Source: Candidatus Microgenomates bacterium | Lineage (GTDB): Bacteria > Patescibacteriota > JACPGU01 | Direction of reading: 5' to 3' | Assembly (NCBI GenBank): GCA_016188915.1 | Contig: JACPGU010000002.1 | Coordinates: 158,346-222,345 of the forward strand | DNA length: 64,000 bases | Position numbers and translations under genes: made by a program | Part shown: positions 29,664-40,179 of the stretch, one piece after another | How positions within the stretch are numbered: the first letter of the stretch is position 1 | How the letters are laid out: every line of letters starts with the position of its first letter | The notes under the pieces: generated by a model | What the model saw: only the letters and a program-made list of their open reading frames with translations | What the model was told of the DNA's origin: nothing | Databases searched by the model: none

Positions 29664-30245
29664 ATGATTGCTTCTATCCGTGGCTTTGTCAAAACCAAAC
29701 AAGACAATTGGGTATTGGTGGAAACAGGTGGCGTGGGCTACAAAATTTTTGCGCCGGAATCCGTTATTGGCTCATTACATACCGGAGGGGAGACATTTTT
29801 ACATACTTACCATCATATTACCGAAGGAGCGCAGGCTCTGTATGGCTTTATCTCCCAAGAAGAAGAATCTTTTTTTGAGCTTTTACTTTCTATCTCGGGC
29901 GTGGGGCCAAAAGTCGGCCTGTCAGTGATGAATGCGGCATCCGTTGCCGAAATCAAAGTGGCGGTGATAGAAGACAATGCGGAAGTGTTGACCAAAATAT
30001 CCGGCGTGGGAGAAAAAACAGCCAAAAGAATTGTTCTAGAATTAAAAAACAAAATAAAAATAGGCGATGTTCGACCGATCGGAACAAAATCTTTGGATAT
30101 TGGTTCGTCGGTAGATGTTTACGAAGCATTACTGCGGCTGGGATATAATTCTATTGAAGCGCGAGCCGCTATCAAAATGGTGTCAAATGATATTACCGAT
30201 TCAGAAAAAAAACTTCGCGCCGCTTTGAAAAATTTAGGCAAATAA
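29664..30245 (+). CDS. ruvA: Holliday junction branch migration protein RuvA
   Basis: GVGYKI, LYGF, ISGVGPK, GVGEKTAKRIVLELK. Confidence 0.96.
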   Translation: MIASIRGFVKTKQDNWVLVETGGVGYKIFAPESVIGSLHTGGETFLHTYHHITEGAQALYGFISQEEESFFELLLSISGVGPKVGLSVMNAASVAEIKVAVIEDNAEVLTKISGVGEKTAKRIVLELKNKIKIGDVRPIGTKSLDIGSSVDVYEALLRLGYNSIEARAAIKMVSNDITDSEKKLRAALKNLGK

Positions 30246-30255
30246 CGCAACGAAT

Positions 30256-30747
30256 ATGGCAGATTTTTCTTTTGATATAGTTTCACAATTTGATCGCCAA
30301 GAGCTTGTCAACGCTATCGATCAGGTGAAGCGTGAGCTTTCTTTTCGCTATGACTTCAAAGCTTCTCCTTATGATTTTATTTTGGAAAAAGAATCTTTGA
30401 CTGTCTCGGCCGAAGACGATTATAAACTGAAAGCTATTCAAGAAATTTTGCGAGTGAAATTGGTTAGTCGAAAGCTTGATCAGAGAATATTGAATTTTAC
30501 GACAGAAAGCGAGAAAGCGGCCGGCAATACTGTCAGACAGAAAATGCCGATAGCGATGGGCTTAAAGCAAGAAAAAGCCAAAGAAATCTCCAAATTTATC
30601 AATACTAGCTTCAAAAAAGCAAAGGTTTCTATTCAAGGAGAAGATGTACGTGTCTCTTCTACCTCCAAGGACACTCTGCAGGAAATAATTACTTTTTTGA
30701 AAGAACACGATTTTGGTATTCCTTTGCAATTTACTAATTATCGTTAA
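30256..30747 (+). CDS. yajQ: YajQ family nucleotide/c-di-GMP-binding protein
   Basis: SFDIVS..QEL.NAIDQ..RYDFK..IQGE.VRVS..D.LQ..PLQFTNYR. Confidence 0.93.
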   Translation: MADFSFDIVSQFDRQELVNAIDQVKRELSFRYDFKASPYDFILEKESLTVSAEDDYKLKAIQEILRVKLVSRKLDQRILNFTTESEKAAGNTVRQKMPIAMGLKQEKAKEISKFINTSFKKAKVSIQGEDVRVSSTSKDTLQEIITFLKEHDFGIPLQFTNYR

Positions 30748-30761
30748 AGAAAGGAGAAAAA

Positions 30762-31175
30762 ATGGCAATAGAAAGTGTAAATCTAGCTGATCAGGCCTTT
30801 AGCACATCCGATGTGGCGAGTCTTGCCGTGGCAGGAGGAATGATGTTTTTCGTTTTTATTTTAGCGATAGTTACCTATATTGCTTTGGCGATATCTCTTT
30901 TGAGAATTGCCAAAAAGACCGGTACGGCTAATGCTTGGTTCGCTTGGGTGCCAATTTTGAATATTATTTTGACTTTGAATATAGCGCGCTTTTCTGGCTG
31001 GTGGTTGCTTTTGTTTTTAATTCCTATTGTAGGGTGGTTCGCCTTTCCCTTTTTTATGATCTATGTTTGGATGAAGATAGCGGCTGCTTGCGGTAAGCCA
31101 GACTTTTTGGGTATTTTTATCATTATTCCGATAGGACAGATAGTTTTGCCTCTGTATCTGGCATTTTCAGAGTAG
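30762..31175 (+). CDS. DUF5684-like membrane protein
   Basis: KKTG..AWFAWVPILN..GWWLLLFLIP..LPLYLAF. Confidence 0.7.
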   Translation: MAIESVNLADQAFSTSDVASLAVAGGMMFFVFILAIVTYIALAISLLRIAKKTGTANAWFAWVPILNIILTLNIARFSGWWLLLFLIPIVGWFAFPFFMIYVWMKIAAACGKPDFLGIFIIIPIGQIVLPLYLAFSE

Positions 31176-31305
31176 ATGGCCAAGAAAGTAGAAAACTAAA
31201 AAATTAATGAAACAAAGAACAAAGAAGCCGGGGGGGTAATTTCCCGGTTTTTTTGTTGGGAGAATGTGCTAAACTGGAAGAAAGAATACAATTAGCAAAG
31301 GAGGG

Positions 31306-32340
31306 ATGATGGAGGCGACAATGAAAAAAGGCGATGCCGAAGAGAAAAAAGAAGATAACAAAGAAATATCCGCCAAGCAAAAGGCGGTGAGACTCGCTCT
31401 CGATCAGATAGAAAAGCAATTTGGTACGGGGTCTATTATGAAAATGGGAGATACGACCAGAGCTGACGTGGGAGTCATCCCGACCGGTTCACTTTCGCTG
31501 GATTTGGCTCTCGGTATCGGCGGAGTGCCGAAAGGCAGGATTATTGAAATCTTCGGTCCCGAATCATCAGGCAAGACCACCCTGACTCTTCACATCGTCG
31601 CCGAAGCGCAGAAAGCGGGAGGGCTGGCGGCTTTTATTGATGCGGAGCATGCGCTGGATCCCGAATACGCGAAAAAAATCGGCGTCAATATTGACGATCT
31701 TCTCGTCTCCCAGCCGGATACGGGCGAGCAGGCGCTGGAAATCGCCGAGACGCTCATTCGCTCCAACGCGGTAGACATTATCGTGGTGGACTCGGTGGCG
31801 GCGCTCGTCCCTCGCGCCGAAATAGAAGGTGAAATGGGCGAGTCACACATGGGCTTGCAGGCTCGCCTAATGTCTCAAGCGCTTCGCAAAATCACCGGCG
31901 CAGTGGCGCGCTCCAACACCACCGTTATTTTCATCAACCAAATCAGAATGAAAATAGGCGTCATGTTCGGCAATCCAGAGACCACCACCGGTGGCAATGC
32001 TCTGAAGTTTTATTCCTCGGTGCGTCTGGATATTCGGCGTAAAGACCAGATCAAAGACGGCGATAATATCATCGGCAATCACGTGGTAGTCAAGGTGGTA
32101 AAAAATAAAGTCGCTCCGCCTTTTCGAGTCGCGGAATTTGACATTATGTACGCGGAGGGGATTAGTCGTGAAGGCGAGATTATTGATCTCGGCGTCAAAG
32201 TCGGCATCATCAACAAATCAGGTTCGTGGTTTGACTACGGCGAGATAAAACTCGGTCAAGGCGCCGAATCAGTCAAAGCCTACCTCAAAGAAAATCCGAA
32301 ATTAGCCCGTGAGATTGAGAAAAAGATTTTGGGGAAATAG
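31306..32340 (+). CDS. recA: Recombinase RecA
   Basis: [23 protein letters not shown]. Confidence 0.99.
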   Translation: MMEATMKKGDAEEKKEDNKEISAKQKAVRLALDQIEKQFGTGSIMKMGDTTRADVGVIPTGSLSLDLALGIGGVPKGRIIEIFGPESSGKTTLTLHIVAEAQKAGGLAAFIDAEHALDPEYAKKIGVNIDDLLVSQPDTGEQALEIAETLIRSNAVDIIVVDSVAALVPRAEIEGEMGESHMGLQARLMSQALRKITGAVARSNTTVIFINQIRMKIGVMFGNPETTTGGNALKFYSSVRLDIRRKDQIKDGDNIIGNHVVVKVVKNKVAPPFRVAEFDIMYAEGISREGEIIDLGVKVGIINKSGSWFDYGEIKLGQGAESVKAYLKENPKLAREIEKKILGK

Positions 32341-32411
32341 GGTAAGCAGGGAGTGATATGTAGTGAGCAGAAAACACTAAGAGGGTATAGAAAAACAATA
32401 AATTTAAAAAA

Positions 32412-32930
32412 ATGCCAATACTGCCGAAAATACTCATTGCTTTTGCGGGGGTACCGGGAACATCAAAGTCGCCCATTGCCCATTATTTAAGTATAAAATT
32501 AGGGATTCCCGTGTTTAGCAATGACGTAATTAGAACGGAGGTCAAAGAAGATTTGGGTAATTTTGATTTTGAAGAATATTGCGAAAGAAGAGATAAGCGA
32601 ATCCATGAGGCGGTCGAACGAGGATTATCTATTATCTACGATGCAAGTGCAGACAGAGAATGGGTTGATCGTAAGGCTGTAGCAGAAAAGTTTGGCTATC
32701 GATATTTTATCATTAGTATTGACCTCAGTCGCAATTTTATATTGAAGCTGTATGAAGCAAAGGGTTATGCCGACTTGATCCCTGAAATAGAAAAATGCTT
32801 CGATGATCACGAAAAATTTTTAGCACAGTTTAGCGCTGATGTCGGCATTCATATCGCTGACAAAGATTTTCCAAATCGTCTAGAAATAGCTCTCAAGGCA
32901 GTGACGAAATGGTTGCGGAGTATAGATTAA
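32412..32930 (+). CDS. P-loop kinase-like (AAA_33) protein
   Basis: Degenerate Walker A AGVPGTSKS; NDVIR; IIYDAS. Confidence 0.7.
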   Translation: MPILPKILIAFAGVPGTSKSPIAHYLSIKLGIPVFSNDVIRTEVKEDLGNFDFEEYCERRDKRIHEAVERGLSIIYDASADREWVDRKAVAEKFGYRYFIISIDLSRNFILKLYEAKGYADLIPEIEKCFDDHEKFLAQFSADVGIHIADKDFPNRLEIALKAVTKWLRSID

Positions 32931-32944
32931 GAATAATGCAACAG

Positions 32945-33834
<890 letters not shown>

Positions 33835-33966
33835 CATTTCATTTTTTCAGATGTGTCAAAAGAGCAAACTATTCATACGGTTTGCTCTTTTTCGTAGAAA
33901 TAGAGAACTTTTCTAAACTGATGATTTTGTGCTATGATGGAAAGGCGTGTGAAATAGAAACAAAAA

Positions 33967-34356
33967 ATGAAAAAGGATTTTCAAAAATGGCACAAAACAA
34001 AAAGCGGTATCAATGATACGAAAGGGCATCGTTTTTATCACGAACGAGAGGTTTGGTGGTGTTCTGTTGGTCTTAATGTTGGTTACGAGATGGATGGAAA
34101 AGGTAAGGATTTTGTCAGGCCGATACTTGTCATCAAAGGGTTTAGTAAAGAAGTTTTTCTTTGTATTCCGCTAACGACCAAATTAAAACAAGGGAAATAT
34201 TATTGCGACATTGATCTTGGCGACGGGCAAACGAGAAGGGTTATTTTGTCACAAATTCGTTTGATTGATGCTAAAAGATTACAAGAAAAGATAACGATGA
34301 TTGACATCAAGCAATTTGAAAAAATAAAAAAAGCGGTTATTGCCATACTGGCATAA
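33967..34356 (+). CDS. PemK/MazF family toxin
   Basis: EREVWWCSVGLNVGYEMDGK..RPILVIK..IPLTT..LSQIRLIDAKRL. Confidence 0.88.
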   Translation: MKKDFQKWHKTKSGINDTKGHRFYHEREVWWCSVGLNVGYEMDGKGKDFVRPILVIKGFSKEVFLCIPLTTKLKQGKYYCDIDLGDGQTRRVILSQIRLIDAKRLQEKITMIDIKQFEKIKKAVIAILA

Positions 34357-34471
34357 CCACCTTCTTTTGTCCTCCCCCTTGCGGGGGCGAGGCCGAAGCC
34401 ATTTATGAAAACATAATAGCGTACTATCGTCAGAAAGTCAATGATTTTATTTTATATGTAATGTTTAATGT

Positions 34472-36685
34472 ATGGAACTCTCCAAAACCTACAATCCGCA
34501 GGAGGTGGAAAAAAAGATCTACCCACTTTGGGAAAAGTCGGGGTATTTTGGTCCGAATGAGAAAGCAGATGGCGAACCTTTCGTCATCGCTATCCCCCCA
34601 CCCAATGTGACGGGCGAGCTACATATGGGGCATGCTTTGAATAATACTTTGCAAGATGTTTTGGTCCGACAAAAAAGAATGGAGGGGCGGCCGACGCTAT
34701 GGATCCCCGGTACTGATCACGCGGGGATTGCCACGCAATATAAAGTGGAACAAAAATTGCAAAAAGAAGGGGTGAGTCGCTTTGATTTGGGCAGGGAAAA
34801 ATTCGTCGAAAAGGTTTGGGAATGGAAGGATCAATACGAGGCGACTATCTTGGGCCAGCTGAAAAAATTGGGCGTTTCCTGCGACTGGTCGCGCACTCGC
34901 TTCACGATGGACGAGGGATATTCCAAGGCAGTTCTTACCGCCTTCAAACACTATTGGGACAAAGGATATATCTATCGAGGTGAGCGCGTGGTCAATTGGT
35001 GCCCGAGATGTCACACTTCACTTTCCGATCTGGAGATAGAGCACGAAGAAGAAAAAACCAAACTTTACTGGATTAAATACGGTCCTTTCGTTCTCGCCAC
35101 CACCCGTCCGGAAACGAAACTCGGTGATACGGCCGTGGCCGTCCATCCATCGGATGAGAGATATCGCGATATGGTGGGTAAAAAATATATGATCCCTGGT
35201 GTTTTGGGTGAATTTGAAATCACCGTTGTCGCCGATGAGGCGGTGGATCCGGCTTTCGGCTCGGGCGCGATCAAGGTGACGCCCGCGCATGACGCTACCG
35301 ATTACGATATTTCCGTTCGTCATCATCTGCCGATGAAGCAAATCATCGATACCGATGGCAAAATGATGGAAAATTGTGGCAAATACGTGGGGATGACAAC
35401 TCTAGAGGCGCGCTCGGCTATTGTCGCCGATATGGCAGAAATGGAGTTAATAGACCATATTGACGAGGGCTATATTCATAACAGCTCACAATGCTACCGC
35501 TGTCATTCAGTGATTGAGCCGATCCCATCCCTTCAGTGGTTTCTCAAAATGACGGAACTTGTTAAGCCGGCGATTGAGGCGGTGAAATCTGGCGATATCA
35601 AAATCATCCCTGAACAATACGCAGGCACGGCGCTTCATTGGATGGAAAATATCAGGGACTGGTGTATCTCAAGACAGATTTGGTGGGGACACCGGCTCCC
35701 TGTTTGGTACAAACAGGGAGAAATCTCAAATCTCAAATCTCAAATCTCAAAATTAGAAAACCAACCTTCGGTTGACGACTATGTAGTTTCACTCGAATCA
35801 CCGGGAGAGGGATATGCGCAGAGCGAAGATGTCCTGGACACTTGGTTTTCATCGGCGCTGTGGCCTTTTGCCACATTAGGTTGGCCGGAGAGTCAAGAAA
35901 ATAAGAAATTAAAAAAACAAGAAAATAAAGCGACAGATTTGGAAAGGTTTTATCCGAACTCCATCAATATCACCGATCGGGGGATTATCAATCTTTGGGA
36001 GGTCAGGATGATATTTTCCGGTTTAGAATTCATGGGCAAAGCGCCGTTTCACACCGTCTATATCAATCCGACCGTATTTAACCGCGAGGGCAAAAGAATG
36101 AGCAAATCTCTCGGTACCGGGATTGATCCGCTGGATCTGATCGCTAAATACGGCGCGGATGCTACTCGTTTCGGACTTTGCTATCAGACGACCGGCACAC
36201 CGGACATTAAATTTTCCGAAGACGTTTTGCAAATGGCCAAGACCTTTATGAACAAGATCTGGAACGCCACACGATTTGTCTTGATGAAACTAGACGGGTA
36301 CGAGCAACGAGGCGAACTGAAATTTACGGTCAATACAGATGCTGACCGTGAAATTCAGGAGAAATTTAGTAGTTTAAAGAAATTCTACAACGACAATCTG
36401 GAAAAATATCGCTTTGGCCAAGCGGCGGAAGAAATATACCATTTCTTCTGGCACCAGTTTTGTGATGTGTATATTGAAAAAACAAAAGAGCAAATCCCTT
36501 TTCCTCTTCCTGAAAATCACGATGAAAAATTAGTCAAAGACACAAAGGACAATCTTTTGTATGTTCTAAAAAATTGTCTGATTTTACTCCACCCTATAAT
36601 TCCTTTTGTTACCGAAGAAATCTACCAGACCTTGCCCATTGATGGCAAAAAAGAATTCTTGATAGTAGAGAAGTGGACAGCGTAA
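34472..36685 (+). CDS. valS: Valine--tRNA ligase
   Basis: PPPNVTGELHMGH, DHAGIATQ, DWCISRQIWWGH, DTWFSS, RMSKS. Confidence 0.98.
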   Translation: MELSKTYNPQEVEKKIYPLWEKSGYFGPNEKADGEPFVIAIPPPNVTGELHMGHALNNTLQDVLVRQKRMEGRPTLWIPGTDHAGIATQYKVEQKLQKEGVSRFDLGREKFVEKVWEWKDQYEATILGQLKKLGVSCDWSRTRFTMDEGYSKAVLTAFKHYWDKGYIYRGERVVNWCPRCHTSLSDLEIEHEEEKTKLYWIKYGPFVLATTRPETKLGDTAVAVHPSDERYRDMVGKKYMIPGVLGEFEITVVADEAVDPAFGSGAIKVTPAHDATDYDISVRHHLPMKQIIDTDGKMMENCGKYVGMTTLEARSAIVADMAEMELIDHIDEGYIHNSSQCYRCHSVIEPIPSLQWFLKMTELVKPAIEAVKSGDIKIIPEQYAGTALHWMENIRDWCISRQIWWGHRLPVWYKQGEISNLKSQISKLENQPSVDDYVVSLESPGEGYAQSEDVLDTWFSSALWPFATLGWPESQENKKLKKQENKATDLERFYPNSINITDRGIINLWEVRMIFSGLEFMGKAPFHTVYINPTVFNREGKRMSKSLGTGIDPLDLIAKYGADATRFGLCYQTTGTPDIKFSEDVLQMAKTFMNKIWNATRFVLMKLDGYEQRGELKFTVNTDADREIQEKFSSLKKFYNDNLEKYRFGQAAEEIYHFFWHQFCDVYIEKTKEQIPFPLPENHDEKLVKDTKDNLLYVLKNCLILLHPIIPFVTEEIYQTLPIDGKKEFLIVEKWTA

Positions 36686-36732
36686 ATATCCATCAAAAAA
36701 GAACGCCTTGGGCGCTCTTTTTTGATGGATAT
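36686..36732. terminator. Bidirectional terminator between valS and the tRNA cluster
   Basis: ATATCCATCAAAAAAGA..CGCC-ttg-GGCG..TCTTTTTTGATGGATAT. Confidence 0.75.
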
Positions 36733-36752
36733 TATGAACTTTATTTTACAAA

Positions 36753-36826
36753 TGCCAGGGGAGAGGATCGAACTCTCGACCTTAGGCTTATGAGTCATAC
36801 GCTCTAACCAACTGAGCTACCCTGGC
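36753..36826 (-). tRNA. tRNA-Met(CAU), probably elongator
   Basis: GCCAGGG acceptor, CTCATAA loop, GTTCGATC T-loop; weak anticodon stem. Confidence 0.85.
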
Positions 36827-36879
36827 CCCTGTCGCTTTATCGTTCTCTTGAGCGACAAAGCTTAATTTTGTTTTTCAAA

Positions 36880-36953
<74 letters not shown>

Positions 36954-36982
36954 ATATGGATATTCATGGGCTATAAATGGAA

Positions 36983-37387
36983 TTATTTTTTGAAAAAATA
37001 ATCCCACCAGCGGATTATATTGGATTTACCATCTTCTCTTTCCTGATATCTTTTTTGTTCTTTTGCTAACCTTTCTTTTTCTGGGTCTTTGCGTGTTAAG
37101 GCGTAGACCCTCTCCCCTTCTTTCTGATAGCCTAATTTTTCTCGCAAAACTTTTTCCGCATAGGTGTCCGTGCTATAATACAATATTCTGTTTTTTTGTT
37201 CAAGGTTATTTTCTTGTAAGTAGGCTATTTCTTGTCTTAAATTTTCTATTTGATCATTGATTTTGTAATTTTTGTAAACAATGCCTATTAGTGAATAAAG
37301 TACAAAAATCATCATTGTCGCCAAAGCCATAGCGACTTTGTTCATTCTATTTTGTTTTTCTATGAAATGCAGAATATCGCTTAACAT
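36983..37387 (-). CDS. Septum formation initiator (FtsB/DivIC family)
   Basis: TM + coiled coil + EKVLREKLGYQKEGERV; start taken at ATG 37387. Confidence 0.85.
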   Translation of the reverse strand: MLSDILHFIEKQNRMNKVAMALATMMIFVLYSLIGIVYKNYKINDQIENLRQEIAYLQENNLEQKNRILYYSTDTYAEKVLREKLGYQKEGERVYALTRKDPEKERLAKEQKRYQEREDGKSNIIRWWDYFFKK

Positions 37388-37405
37388 TATTTTGTTTTTG
37401 ATAAA

Positions 37406-37479
37406 TGGGCCTGGCTGGACTTGAACCAGCGACATCCACCTTATAAGAGTGGCGCTCTAACCAACTGAGCTACAGGCCC
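37406..37479 (-). tRNA. tRNA-Ile(UAU)
   Basis: GGGCCTG acceptor, anticodon arm CCACT-CTTATAA-GGTGG, GGTTCAAGTCC. Confidence 0.9.
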
Positions 37480-37504
37480 AAATGGGAAAGTCAAGGCGAG
37501 GGCG

Positions 37505-37554
37505 ATAAGAGTGGCGCTCCCTCTGGGCCGGAGACTAACCAACTGAGCTACAGG
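37505..37554 (-). pseudogene. Interrupted duplicate of the tRNA-Ile(UAU) 5' half
   Basis: Identical to 37443-37476 except a 16-nt insert CCCTCTGGGCCGGAGA. Confidence 0.75.
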
Positions 37555-37636
37555 TGCAGGATATTGATTATTTTTATTTTAAATAAAAAAGGCCAAGCGC
37601 CTATTCATTTTACTAGGAGTCTGGCAAAAAAGCAAT

Positions 37637-37999
37637 TTAATTGCTGTTGTCCGCTAGAAATTGAGAGATCTTTCCGACAGGACTCGTAGCTAGATGGTTT
37701 TTGATGAAATTTTCCATATCGGACTCTTTTGTTCTTAAAGTCCTTCCATTGATTTTCAAAAATAAAGAAGTGGCGAAAAGACTCGTAGCCGTATTTTTGG
37801 AGGAGAAGGGTTTTTTCTTACTGATGGCAAAAAACAAAGCTCCCGCTTTGCTGAAAATATCAGGGAAGACCTCGCTGTTTTTCATATAGGAAACAACCTT
37901 TTTCAAAATCTTCCAATCTCTTAGATCGGCTTTCCCGCCGGTTTCTGATATTAATCGGCTGTGGAGGTAAAAAATTTCGGCTGGAGTTAAGTATTGCAT
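37637..37999 (-). CDS. Doc/Fic family protein (degenerate motif)
   Basis: YLTPAEI..LH..G...LRD..F.KAGAL..KKPFSSKNTATS..FLKING. Confidence 0.8.
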   Translation of the reverse strand: MQYLTPAEIFYLHSRLISETGGKADLRDWKILKKVVSYMKNSEVFPDIFSKAGALFFAISKKKPFSSKNTATSLFATSLFLKINGRTLRTKESDMENFIKNHLATSPVGKISQFLADNSN

Positions 38000-38005
38000 A
38001 TAAAA

Positions 38006-38239
38006 TTATTCGGATAATTTTTCCAAATCCTTTTTATGCTCTTTGATGAATTCTTCAATATAACGAGCTCTTTCTTCTTCTATTTTGAAATTGGCCACCG
38101 GCTCTACCACTACGCGACGGTTTTTTCCGTCAACATTGACATAGACTTTGTCGCCAATAACCATACCGAGGTTTCCCAGAACTTTTTTTGGGATAGTGAT
38201 GGCGGCGGAAGAACCGATTTTGATGATTTTGTTGGCCAT
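38006..38239 (-). CDS. AbrB/MazE-type antitoxin
   Basis: KIIKIGSSAAITIPK..LG..GD.V; directly upstream of doc. Confidence 0.85.
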   Translation of the reverse strand: MANKIIKIGSSAAITIPKKVLGNLGMVIGDKVYVNVDGKNRRVVVEPVANFKIEEERARYIEEFIKEHKKDLEKLSE

Positions 38240-38486
38240 TAGATAAAAAAATAATAAAGTAAAAAATTAAGAAATCAATGATTCAGAATTTGCTATTATT
38301 CTCGTCTCTCTATTTTTTTAATTTTTTATTTTCTTAATCCATTATAACATTGTTATAATGTCCTGCAAGACTGTTTTTCGGTGCTAAAAAACCCGCTAAA
38401 AAGCGGGCTTTTGTGCTCTCCCCCGTGTGCCCCTTGCGAGGCGGGTTTATCCGCCGGAGGCGGGAGGGCGGGCTGGAAAGGACTTT

Positions 38487-39407
38487 TTAGCCCTTTCTCT
38501 TTTTTGGGCTCCAATCATAGGCATCGACAAATTTATCGATACGATTGTACCCATAGAAAGTAGTTCGAAGTCTACCCCGATTTTTGGCGTCATGCCAAAC
38601 TTTGGCGCAGTATTCCAGTTGCCGGTCCCAGTATTTGAAGCTGGGACTTTTGATGAACGCGGCGTGATAAGCCGAATTCAGTTGGCACAAGCCGTGGTCG
38701 GTTGTGCCGTTGGAATTTTCCCCCACCGCTTTAATATTCCACTGGGGATTTTCGGCGGTGAGGGTCAAGACAAAATCCTTTCCTCCCAAATTATGGGCGT
38801 AGCGCACCATCGTTTGTCTCCATCCCGGCCAACCTTTACGGTGTGGAATCACTCCAATTCGATCACCCTTTTTTGTTTTCGGTAGGGGTGTCTGAAGTGG
38901 TTTTTCCGGCATCAAGCCATCTTCCACTCCTTTTATTTCCAGGGGGAAGGTAGGATTGAAATATCGCGGGACTTCTTTGTTCAGCCATTGTCGCAAGCTG
39001 GTTTTTTGCACCAGCTCCTGTCCATCACGGCACTGACTGATCGTGAGAACGACATCGTTTTCCACGATTATTCTCTCCTTCGTGGCAAAACAGGTGGACA
39101 GGATGGCCTTTTTGGGATTGATGGTGGTATTACGAATACCATCTACTAACACCCAGGCAAATCCTGCCAGAAAAAGAAAAATGATGGCGCCACAAACGAT
39201 TTGGGCGCGATGGTTGGATGTTGCTTTTTGTCCCGCTAAAGCTACTAGCGGACAAAAAGCAAAAAGACTTTTGTCTTGCTCATTTACCTCTATCGGATTA
39301 TTCAATTTTCTTTCTCTCCTTGATTTTGTAAAGGTCCGATAAAGACAACGGTCGGATCCTTGCCTTTGGCTAAATCTAATCTTAACACAAAATTCAGCCA
39401 AAGTCAA
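38487..39407 (-). CDS. Membrane-anchored protein with C-terminal lysozyme/SLT-like domain (start uncertain)
   Basis: TM; AENPQWNIKAVGENSNGTTDHGLCQLNS resembles E..wn..A....DxGLxQ motif. Confidence 0.6.
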   Translation of the reverse strand: MTLAEFCVKIRFSQRQGSDRCLYRTFTKSRRERKLNNPIEVNEQDKSLFAFCPLVALAGQKATSNHRAQIVCGAIIFLFLAGFAWVLVDGIRNTTINPKKAILSTCFATKERIIVENDVVLTISQCRDGQELVQKTSLRQWLNKEVPRYFNPTFPLEIKGVEDGLMPEKPLQTPLPKTKKGDRIGVIPHRKGWPGWRQTMVRYAHNLGGKDFVLTLTAENPQWNIKAVGENSNGTTDHGLCQLNSAYHAAFIKSPSFKYWDRQLEYCAKVWHDAKNRGRLRTTFYGYNRIDKFVDAYDWSPKKRKG

Positions 39408-39468
39408 TGTTTTTTAAGTAAAAAAACACCCCCTTGCGGGGGTCGCCCTGTCTGTCAGGGCATAGGTT

Positions 39469-40056
39469 TTAGAAGCTTTTTGTTGGAATCAGGGAGATTC
39501 TCTCCCCGAGGCCGATTGGTGTGGGCAGAAGCCCTTCCGTCCGCACCCGTCTTTCCACGGGACGGGGAATGACGCTGCCCTTGATGACTTTGGCCGTTTG
39601 ACCGAAGCGTTCCACCACGATGGTGGTGTTCGGCTCGAACATGGCCGCGGTCATCGCCAATACCTGCTCCTCGTTGTCACCTCCGAAATAAGAGGCGCGC
39701 ACCGTCATGGAAGGCGCTTCCACTCCCGAAACGGCGTAGATCCCGGTCGGTTCACTTTCGGCGACTTCGCCTTTTTCGGTCAGCCTCATTTTCTCCGGCA
39801 TATTGCTTTCGGCGCTGCCGGTGGCGATGAACCCTTCCGGCTCCGGTAGGAGTGCGACTTTCATCGCTTCCGTCCAGCACAGACTGGCCAGCTCTGCCGG
39901 GATCGGGAAAGCGGTGGGGTCCGTGTTTTCCGTGACGCAGGCGACCATGGCCTGGGCTCTGGACTCCCACAAGCTGGTCGGACTGGCATTGGCGACCATG
40001 GCCCGGGCAGAAAACAAAAGGGTCAGGGCAAGCGACAAACAAACGGTTTTTTTCAT
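39469..40056 (-). CDS. Secreted hypothetical protein (higher GC)
   Basis: AAGGAGG RBS, signal peptide MKKTVCLSLALTLLFSARA. Confidence 0.7.
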   Translation of the reverse strand: MKKTVCLSLALTLLFSARAMVANASPTSLWESRAQAMVACVTENTDPTAFPIPAELASLCWTEAMKVALLPEPEGFIATGSAESNMPEKMRLTEKGEVAESEPTGIYAVSGVEAPSMTVRASYFGGDNEEQVLAMTAAMFEPNTTIVVERFGQTAKVIKGSVIPRPVERRVRTEGLLPTPIGLGERISLIPTKSF

Positions 40057-40179
40057 AATGCTGTTAAATCCTCCTTTTTTGAGCCCGCTGGCTCAGATTT
40101 TCCCGCTAGGGGAATATGGCTACATTAGCATAAAAATAGAAAAAAGTCAATACTTTTTCCTAAATATCATAGATGCAGA

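Noticed and set aside
37388-37435. N-terminal extension of the FtsB/DivIC ORF
   Set aside because: Overlaps the tRNA-Ile gene; the true start is more likely ATG 37387 or later
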